The notes below the pieces were generated by a model. The model saw nothing but the letters and a program-made list of their open reading frames with translations. It made no database searches and was not told the DNA's origin. A program made the translations under genes and the position numbers. This document shows positions 57,423 to 64,000 of a stretch of 64,000 nt of DNA, piece by piece. Position 1 is the first letter of the stretch; the number at the start of each line of letters is the position of its first letter. Origin of the DNA: a virus; the UHGV virus genome UHGV-0198810. One strand, written 5' to 3'.

Positions 57423-58085
57423 TTAAACTCCTCTCATATCAACAGGCCAAATAAATTTATGTAGCTGTAACTGCATTCTAATATCATTGAGTGAATGAAC
57501 TTGTAGATATTCTACAATTTCCTTTGGTTCAATATCACCAAAAATAGGACTTACAAATATCTGACAAACAGGATTATATGTTGTAACTATGTACCTCATT
57601 TGTTCGAGGTCTTCTTTGTTCCCTACAACGAATTTAAAAACATCCTTTGGTCTAACAAAACTTAAATTTTCAACTAACATTTTATCAGCCATTCCAGATG
57701 AGTGTGACTTCCAGTCAACAGTATACATAAGATTATCAAGTAAGTGAACAGGTAATTTATTAGACAATTCATTTATTGATAAACTTCCATTTGTTTCAAT
57801 ATTTACTTCATAACCATTCGTCAAAAGTTCTTTAACAAGTACATCAACATCCTTATGGATAAGAGGTTCTCCCCCTGTTAATGTTACCTTTTTACATTTA
57901 TAACCATTAACAGTGTTAATTATTTCTTCTATTGACATTTCAGTATAATCGTTATTCGTAAAAGCATAAACTGAATCGCAATAAGAACATCTAAGATTAC
58001 AACCGTAAAGTCTGATGAATGTTGCTAAATAACCGGCTCTTGAGCCTTCTCCTTCTATACTATTGAATATTTCAACTACTTTCAT
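57423..58085 (-). CDS. queE: 7-carboxy-7-deazaguanine synthase (radical SAM)
   Basis: EIF.SIEGEG, FIRL.GCNLRCSYCD, TGGEP, IETNG, QLHK. Confidence 0.95.
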   Translation of the reverse strand: MKVVEIFNSIEGEGSRAGYLATFIRLYGCNLRCSYCDSVYAFTNNDYTEMSIEEIINTVNGYKCKKVTLTGGEPLIHKDVDVLVKELLTNGYEVNIETNGSLSINELSNKLPVHLLDNLMYTVDWKSHSSGMADKMLVENLSFVRPKDVFKFVVGNKEDLEQMRYIVTTYNPVCQIFVSPIFGDIEPKEIVEYLQVHSLNDIRMQLQLHKFIWPVDMRGV

Positions 58086-58525
58086 TTAATTCCTCCAATT
58101 TTAGATATAGCAATATTATTTTCAGTTTCCTGAACTGCTACAGAAATTACTTTACACTTTTCATCAATTTCTTTAAGTTTTGTTTCAAGTATTTCTCTAA
58201 ATACTTTTGACATCCATTCCGCTGTTGGGTTATCGTTAACAATGTGTACTTTTTTACAGTTAGCAAAAATTACTGAAGCTATAGGGTCATTAGATTTAAG
58301 AATACATGAATGGTCATAAACATTCTCAATATTTTCTCTAATAACTTTTTTCAACAACTTGAAATCAATTACCATACCAGCGTCATTTAATTCATCTCTA
58401 CCAACAACTACTGTTACCTTATATGAATGTCCGTGAAGATTATTCCTACACTCTTCAGAATATGTATTGACATCATATAGTCTATGAGCTGCTTCAAAAG
58501 ATACTTTAGTTTCAACTGAATACAT
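58082..58525 (-). CDS. queD: 6-carboxy-5,6,7,8-tetrahydropterin synthase
   Basis: FEAAHRL, C...LHGHSY, GMVIDF, DH, PTAE, ET. Confidence 0.93.
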   Translation of the reverse strand: MYSVETKVSFEAAHRLYDVNTYSEECRNNLHGHSYKVTVVVGRDELNDAGMVIDFKLLKKVIRENIENVYDHSCILKSNDPIASVIFANCKKVHIVNDNPTAEWMSKVFREILETKLKEIDEKCKVISVAVQETENNIAISKIGGIK

Positions 58526-58771
58526 TTTGTCTCTCCTTATTAAATAAATTTTAATTTATTATATAATTATGCTTTACATAATTCAACTAAAATATGTTTA
58601 CAATTTAGTTAATTTTTGTGTTGTAGACAACTTATGTAGAAGTTGTCTTAATAATATACATCTGACACATTACCTCTACATTTAATATATGATATTTTTT
58701 GGTAGTTCGTCAACTAAAAATTAAAATTTTTTGAAATAAAGTAGAAAAATAGGTAGTATTTAATAAAAATA

Positions 58772-60445
58772 CTACCTTAATTCACAAATATACTTCTTTA
58801 AAGACGCTATTGAGTCTTTTGTTATTTCGTTATCTACAACAAATTCCGATAAAGCTTTTTTATCGGTTATTATACTTAAAACTTTTTCGTCAACTGTGTT
58901 TGTACATACTAGGTTATATATAAACACTGGATTTTTACTACCGATTCGATGTATTCTATCACAAGCTTGTTTAAACGCTCCGTCTGTCCAAGGGGTATCT
59001 ATGAAAATCATATATCTAGCTCTATTTAATGTTAAACCGGTCCCACACTTTTGCCAAGTACCTATAAATACTTGATGTTCATTATCTTGTTGAAACATAT
59101 CAATACTTGTAGATAATTCTACATCATCGGTTTCACCTGTTCCGATAACAGGATTATATTTTGATAACTTATCTTTCAATACATTTACGGTATCTTTAAA
59201 GGTACTAAATATCACAACTTTTTCACCTGTTCTAACAAGTTGTTCAGTTAACTCACAAGCTCTGTCTATCTTAACAGAAGGAACATCACTTGTTGTCAAA
59301 ATTGATGGACAAGCAGTAGCTTGTCTTAATCTTAATATGAGTGCTAAGGTGTCTGTGTAATTTAACTTTACTTTATCTACCTCACTTTTAACTCCGTTAA
59401 CTACATCTTCATAAAACTGTGTTTGTTTATCAGACATATCAACATATTCGGTAATAACGTTCTTTTCGGGTAAATCTAATAAATCTTTTTTTCTTCTTAA
59501 AGAAAATAATTGTAGTTGTTTTTTAATTATATCTAAATTATGATAACCTAAAAAATCATTACCAAATTTACCACCGTATATACAATAATAATTTTTAAAG
59601 TTAGTTAATGTAGATTTATCTATTCCCGCCCATTTGAAAGGTACATAAACATCTAAAGGGTCATTTAACATTAAAGTACCTGTAGCCCCAACAAGATATT
59701 TAGCATCTGTTAATTTAAGTAAATTTTTACCTTGTTGTGAACTGTCAGACTTACACGTGTGAATTTCATCTACAACAATCATTTGATAATTGTCTTGTTG
59801 TTTTTTAAGTTCTTTGATTATATTATCGTCTCTTAAAGCTTCTATATTAACGATTACAAAAAATTCTTTTATATCACTCTTAAGATGCTTTAATTTTTCT
59901 TTATTTCCTCCAAACCTTAAGTTACCTTTACGTGTAGTGTATTCCCCTAAAATAGTACTTGTTAAGTTAGAATGTTTATCAATTTCTTTTTTCCAATTTG
60001 TTTTAAGACTGTTTATCCCACAAACAATTAAACAATGTTTTAATTTATCTCTTTTTTTAAGTTCGTACGCTAAATATATTATCTGTAATGTTTTCCCTAA
60101 ACCAGGTTCGTCTAATAATAACCATTTATTATGGTTCAATCCATATTGTATTCCATCTAACTGATAAGGGTAAGGGTGTGTTTTGTATTTTGATAACGTG
60201 TATACATTTTCTTCGTCAACAATGTAATCGTATAACTTAACATTTATATCATCTATAAAACACAATCTGTCAAGTAACTCACTTAGATATGTAACAGGCA
60301 CTTCCCAAGTTTTTGTAACTTTTGAATAATTCTTGCAAGGTAGCGCTTTTATAATTTCGATTATTTCTTTATTATAGTCAAACGAAACGAATAAGGAGGT
60401 TAAACCAGGTACCTTTGAGGTTAATTTTTCCTCTATACTAATCAT
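58772..60445 (-). CDS. SNF2-family helicase/translocase (HARP-like N-terminus)
   Basis: YQ, DEPGLGKT, VVDEIH, ATGT, LRLRQ, GTGLTL, QACDRIHRIG. Confidence 0.92.
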   Translation of the reverse strand: MISIEEKLTSKVPGLTSLFVSFDYNKEIIEIIKALPCKNYSKVTKTWEVPVTYLSELLDRLCFIDDINVKLYDYIVDEENVYTLSKYKTHPYPYQLDGIQYGLNHNKWLLLDEPGLGKTLQIIYLAYELKKRDKLKHCLIVCGINSLKTNWKKEIDKHSNLTSTILGEYTTRKGNLRFGGNKEKLKHLKSDIKEFFVIVNIEALRDDNIIKELKKQQDNYQMIVVDEIHTCKSDSSQQGKNLLKLTDAKYLVGATGTLMLNDPLDVYVPFKWAGIDKSTLTNFKNYYCIYGGKFGNDFLGYHNLDIIKKQLQLFSLRRKKDLLDLPEKNVITEYVDMSDKQTQFYEDVVNGVKSEVDKVKLNYTDTLALILRLRQATACPSILTTSDVPSVKIDRACELTEQLVRTGEKVVIFSTFKDTVNVLKDKLSKYNPVIGTGETDDVELSTSIDMFQQDNEHQVFIGTWQKCGTGLTLNRARYMIFIDTPWTDGAFKQACDRIHRIGSKNPVFIYNLVCTNTVDEKVLSIITDKKALSEFVVDNEITKDSIASLKKYICELR

Positions 60446-60710
60446 TATAAAACAAACTAACAGGTTTCAAAGACTCTTTTTTATCGTTTTCAATAATAAA
60501 TGAAAACCTTGTTTTGACAGTAAACTCTTTCCCACAATTATCACAAATATATGTTTCAGTGTCTGTCATTTCAATACCTTCAAAACCTAGTATTTCTCCA
60601 CTAACATTTCGAACAACATTTTTTGGTTGTCCTAAAAATTCTTTAGGTGTAAAAATCTCTCCTGGGAGGTACTGGTAACTACAATAAGGACAACTTATAG
60701 TCTTAAACAA
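60438..60710 (-). CDS. Zn-ribbon protein (paralog 1)
   Basis: CPYC..Y...EIF.P...Y.CDNC.K.F.V. Confidence 0.7.
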   Translation of the reverse strand: MFKTISCPYCSYQYLPGEIFTPKEFLGQPKNVVRNVSGEILGFEGIEMTDTETYICDNCGKEFTVKTRFSFIIENDKKESLKPVSLFYND

Positions 60711-60728
60711 ATTTATATCCCCTTTTAT

Positions 60729-60992
60729 CTATAAAGTGTTTACACAATTTGGAAAATCAACTTTCTCTAATTTTTTTGTGTTATATGTTGGGACAATAGT
60801 AACTTCAAATTGTTTGTTACAGTTATCACAGACATACTTTTCAACCATACTAGTAGTATCATTTATAACGTCATGTATTTTACCCATTTCGTCACGAGAT
60901 ACTAAATCAAATTTACCTACAACAGTATTTGGTAAAAATATTTCTGCTATATGATATTCATAGTTACAATAAGGACATTTTATATACTCCAT
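60729..60992 (-). CDS. Zn-ribbon protein (paralog 2)
   Basis: Same CPYC/EIF.P/CDNC pattern. Confidence 0.7.
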   Translation of the reverse strand: MEYIKCPYCNYEYHIAEIFLPNTVVGKFDLVSRDEMGKIHDVINDTTSMVEKYVCDNCNKQFEVTIVPTYNTKKLEKVDFPNCVNTL

Positions 60993-61021
60993 ACGAATTT
61001 CCTTTACATTTTTATGTGTGA

Positions 61022-61056
61022 AAAAAATAACCTGTGTGGATTTCTCTACACAGGTT
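61022..61056 (-). terminator. Terminator at the end of the structural gene block
   Basis: AACCTGTGT/ACACAGGTT stem followed by ATTTTTTT. Confidence 0.75.
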
Positions 61057-61079
61057 TATACAATTAAGGGTTTTGAAAA

Positions 61080-61559
61080 TCAATGTTTTCCGTCGATTTT
61101 GTCAATTTTTAAGGAAGAATTATCAAATTTTGTATAGGATTCAATCACAAGTTTCCACCCGTCGGAGTCTTTTGACAACAACTTAATATAATATCCTTCA
61201 GTAGGTTCTGTTCCTAAAATATCAAGTACCGTAAAGTTGTTATTATCGTCCTGTCCTACGAGTTCGTTAGGTTCACCATCTAATTGAATTCTTGCATATA
61301 CACTATCTGTTGCATCTGCCGGAACAATTGATGTTTGGGGACTTATTTCAAAGTAATATCCTTTTATATTAAAACCTAAAGTTTCGGTAACGATACCACT
61401 TAAATCTACTTTACCCGAAACTATAAATCCTTGGACATCAATGAGTTGGTCAATTAACCTACTAACGTTCATTTCATAAAACAATCTACTACCTAAATCA
61501 GACGTTTGTCTAAATTTGGCAAAAGGAAATACTTTTATATTTGTAGAATTTATATTCAT
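61080..61559 (-). CDS. Probable structural protein
   Basis: In a tail/baseplate-like block; F.I.GYYF. Confidence 0.55.
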   Translation of the reverse strand: MNINSTNIKVFPFAKFRQTSDLGSRLFYEMNVSRLIDQLIDVQGFIVSGKVDLSGIVTETLGFNIKGYYFEISPQTSIVPADATDSVYARIQLDGEPNELVGQDDNNNFTVLDILGTEPTEGYYIKLLSKDSDGWKLVIESYTKFDNSSLKIDKIDGKH

Positions 61560-61580
61560 TTACATTTCTCCCTGAATAAT

Positions 61581-62135
61581 TTAATTATTTACGATATACA
61601 TTGTCCAAGTAATTATTGCATCTTGACCAGCTTTTAAGGCGTCATACATAAGTTGTAAGTTACTGTTCATTTCACCGTTTATGGAAGAGTCTCCTAACGT
61701 TGCTAAACATTGTCTTTGTGTATTATTATCCCACATTGAAAATCTTAAAAGTTTATTTGTAGTTGAAAAACTTTTTATATTACTACTTTGTAATGTCGAT
61801 ACAAATTTAATTTTACCTATCATACCAGTTGGGTCTCCGTCCTCTACTAAGGGGTCTCCGTTATTTCCAGTTAACGGATAGTATGTGGCACCAGTTAACG
61901 GAACACTTGTCCTAACTAACGAACGCCAAATACCTTGGCCTTCAGAAACTTCGAAATCAAACCATTTAGGAATATCTGAACGATTAAAATATCCTGCAAG
62001 GATTTTTGAAAACAGTAACCCAAGATAAACTGTTCCGTTGTTAAACATTGTTAAAGGAAAATGTTTATCTTTTTGTGATATGTCTATTTTAACAACACCC
62101 TTATATGAAATTGAATTACTTGAAATGGTGTCCAC
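61581..62135 (-). CDS. Probable baseplate/tail structural protein
   Basis: Y.G.V.I...N.GT..L...LAG and I.W.M pattern. Confidence 0.55.
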   Translation of the reverse strand: MDTISSNSISYKGVVKIDISQKDKHFPLTMFNNGTVYLGLLFSKILAGYFNRSDIPKWFDFEVSEGQGIWRSLVRTSVPLTGATYYPLTGNNGDPLVEDGDPTGMIGKIKFVSTLQSSNIKSFSTTNKLLRFSMWDNNTQRQCLATLGDSSINGEMNSNLQLMYDALKAGQDAIITWTMYIVNN

Positions 62136-62152
62136 TATATACTCTCCTTAAT

Positions 62153-63067
62153 TTATTTAGTTTCGGTTTCAATTTCGTGTGAAACGATTTTTGAACCTTT
62201 TATATTTTCTTTTACCTTATTTAATTGTTTTGTTTGTTTACCCGAAACAAATGTTGTATCAACTCTACCTAACATATCAGGATAGTCTATACTGTCTTTT
62301 GACGGTCTTAAACCACTTGAAACTAAACTAAATGTTTCACGAGATTCTGGTGTTGGATAATAAACATCAACTTTATCCGTAGAGCTAATTGTGGTGATTG
62401 TATTACCACCGACTTTATAACTAAACCTTATTTTGTATCCAGCTGGAATTACATATCTAAGTATTTCAGTTAATATCGTTGTGTCTGTAAGTTTACCCTT
62501 AACAGAAATGTCTACTATATAACTTTCATCATCCAAATAACCGTTTTGTTTAAAGTTTATTTTATTAGTTCTATTTGAATCATAATAAAATGTAGTTTCA
62601 TTAGTACCCCAATTATCTGGTGCATAATAACTTGTAATCATTTTACCATTACTGTCATAATATTTGTAAGATTCATAAATAGGAGTAGTCCCATAAGTTT
62701 TATTAGTAATATTAACATCAGAATCAACATCAAGTCCCATTATCTTCAAATATACTTGAACAGCGTATTGAATACCTGTTAATGAACCTTTGTTATGTAC
62801 AATCAGTGGAAAAGCTTTAAGTATTAACCTTAAGTCTTCTCCTTGAATTTTTGCGTTTGTAAAAAATCCTAACTTAGTTTGTAGTAACGGTAAAAGTCGT
62901 TCGTTACACTGTGACGTGTCTGTTACATCTCGTATAGAGTCAATGTCATACTTTAATTGCCCAAATAAACAATCAAATATTGCACAGAATAATTGAAAGT
63001 CTCTAGACTTTCGACTGTACACATCGGGGGTGTGCTCTGATAATCTAAACTGTTTCATTGACATCAC
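62153..63067 (-). CDS. Baseplate wedge / tail protein I-like
   Basis: P.VY...SRDF...LL.LL...LGF...R.I...KGS..GI...YVIPAG. Confidence 0.7.
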   Translation of the reverse strand: MMSMKQFRLSEHTPDVYSRKSRDFQLFCAIFDCLFGQLKYDIDSIRDVTDTSQCNERLLPLLQTKLGFFTNAKIQGEDLRLILKAFPLIVHNKGSLTGIQYAVQVYLKIMGLDVDSDVNITNKTYGTTPIYESYKYYDSNGKMITSYYAPDNWGTNETTFYYDSNRTNKINFKQNGYLDDESYIVDISVKGKLTDTTILTEILRYVIPAGYKIRFSYKVGGNTITTISSTDKVDVYYPTPESRETFSLVSSGLRPSKDSIDYPDMLGRVDTTFVSGKQTKQLNKVKENIKGSKIVSHEIETETK

Positions 63068-63999
63068 CTATTGTTTACAATTGAAATTATTGAGTTATTT
63101 TTTGAATCTCTTTCCACTGGAGGTTTAAGTACTGCTTCGGCTAACGCATATTTACTAAATATATGGTTTTCATTGAAAAATGTTTTACCGAGTATAGGGT
63201 CCTCTATCTTCAATGTTTCCGGTATGTTGTAATTATATTTGAATTTATCGTGTCCCCTATATGATTGCATATCTTCTAAAATAGTGTCAACCGTCAGCCC
63301 GTAATTTTGTTCAAAAATCTTATTGTCTTGGTATTTTAATAAATCATCAAATAAAATAAGCCCTGTTTCATCAACACTATCTGTTGTTATAATCATTGTT
63401 AAGTTTGTTAAATCGTTACCGTGAATTTTGTAATACCAAGGATGTTCGGAACCTAAAAATTCGTCTTCATTACCGTTAAGTAACTCAGAAACAACGGTGT
63501 TACCGTGTTTGATTTGTAATTTAAAACGAACACCTTTACCGTTGTTGTTTACACCTAACAAATAATCAAAATCACTTTGTAACGAAATACCTGTTACAGG
63601 ATGTTCCCCAATAGTTGTTGTTGATAACGACACTTGATTATTGTAGTAAGAGTAACCGTTAGTTAAAAATTGTTTATTTTTTTCATAAATTAAAACTTCT
63701 AATGATTTTCTTATTCCGTCAATTGTCACATAACTTACGTCAACGTTTTCTCCTCCGGTTCTTGTTAAAGGTGTATTTGTCAACATATATATTAAACTGT
63801 CACCTTTTAACTTTTCGTTATCAGGATATTGTGTACCTAATATTTCAAATATTTGAATTGACTTTCGGGTCATTTTAGTACCGTCATTGTTTAACCAGTA
63901 ATTGTCAATTATTTGGGGTTCGGTGCTAGAGCTGTCTATATTAAGAATAGCAGTACCTCTCCAAATTGTTTCTTCACTCTGAATTTGGATACCCGGTAA
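63064..63999 (-). CDS. Partial large structural protein (C-terminal part; continues beyond the window)
   Basis: Frame stays open from the tracked ATG (63873) to the right edge. Confidence 0.65.
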   Translation of the reverse strand, partial: LPGIQIQSEETIWRGTAILNIDSSSTEPQIIDNYWLNNDGTKMTRKSIQIFEILGTQYPDNEKLKGDSLIYMLTNTPLTRTGGENVDVSYVTIDGIRKSLEVLIYEKNKQFLTNGYSYYNNQVSLSTTTIGEHPVTGISLQSDFDYLLGVNNNGKGVRFKLQIKHGNTVVSELLNGNEDEFLGSEHPWYYKIHGNDLTNLTMIITTDSVDETGLILFDDLLKYQDNKIFEQNYGLTVDTILEDMQSYRGHDKFKYNYNIPETLKIEDPILGKTFFNENHIFSKYALAEAVLKPPVERDSKNNSIISIVNNR

Positions 64000-64000
64000 T

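Noticed and set aside
2789..58718. CRISPR array or iterons from the recurring TCAACTAA
   Set aside because: Copies are dispersed, 8 bp long and tied to -10 hexamers; in-gene copies (29702, 46381, 57670) are Leu-Val-Glu codons
1..64000. Plus-strand ORFs of 60-124 aa in the ORF track
   Set aside because: Nearly all lie antisense to well-supported minus-strand genes or tRNAs, show no motifs and have shadow-frame composition

Overview
AT-rich 64-kb segment of a large tailed dsDNA phage, probably infecting an anaerobic Bacillota (Clostridia-like) host, judged from the GH25/Cpl-7/LysM endolysin, class III RNR, strong Shine-Dalgarno sites and SigA-type promoters. Essentially all real genes are on the minus strand; the plus-strand ORFs in the track are shadows. 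In transcription order (right to left) the window holds: tail/baseplate-type genes; a SNF2 helicase; queD-queE-folE; a sigma-like factor; a replisome (initiator, DnaC-like loader, DnaB, primase, SSB, and a family-A polymerase split into two genes); a second 7-deazaguanine cluster (membrane protein, QueF-like T-fold, preQ1-I-like riboswitch, YhhQ, QueC, HAD, DpdA-like transglycosylase); beta clamp, RecU, RecA, a DnaX/HolB/HolA clamp loader and SbcCD; a degenerate peptide deformylase; an NrdH-NrdD-NrdG-FTR module; endolysin; Rnl1-type RNA ligase plus Pnk-HD; DNA ligase; eight canonical tRNAs and one aberrant tRNA-like element with long structured spacers; dUTPase; and many small accessory genes. 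The main candidates for new biology are (1) a riboswitch-gated 7-deazaguanine DNA-modification system with a divergent QueF-like enzyme and a DpdA that may be clamp-tethered, and (2) a two-piece PolA with an apparently dead Hint-like fragment at the split. All calls come from reading motifs by eye; no database searches were run.
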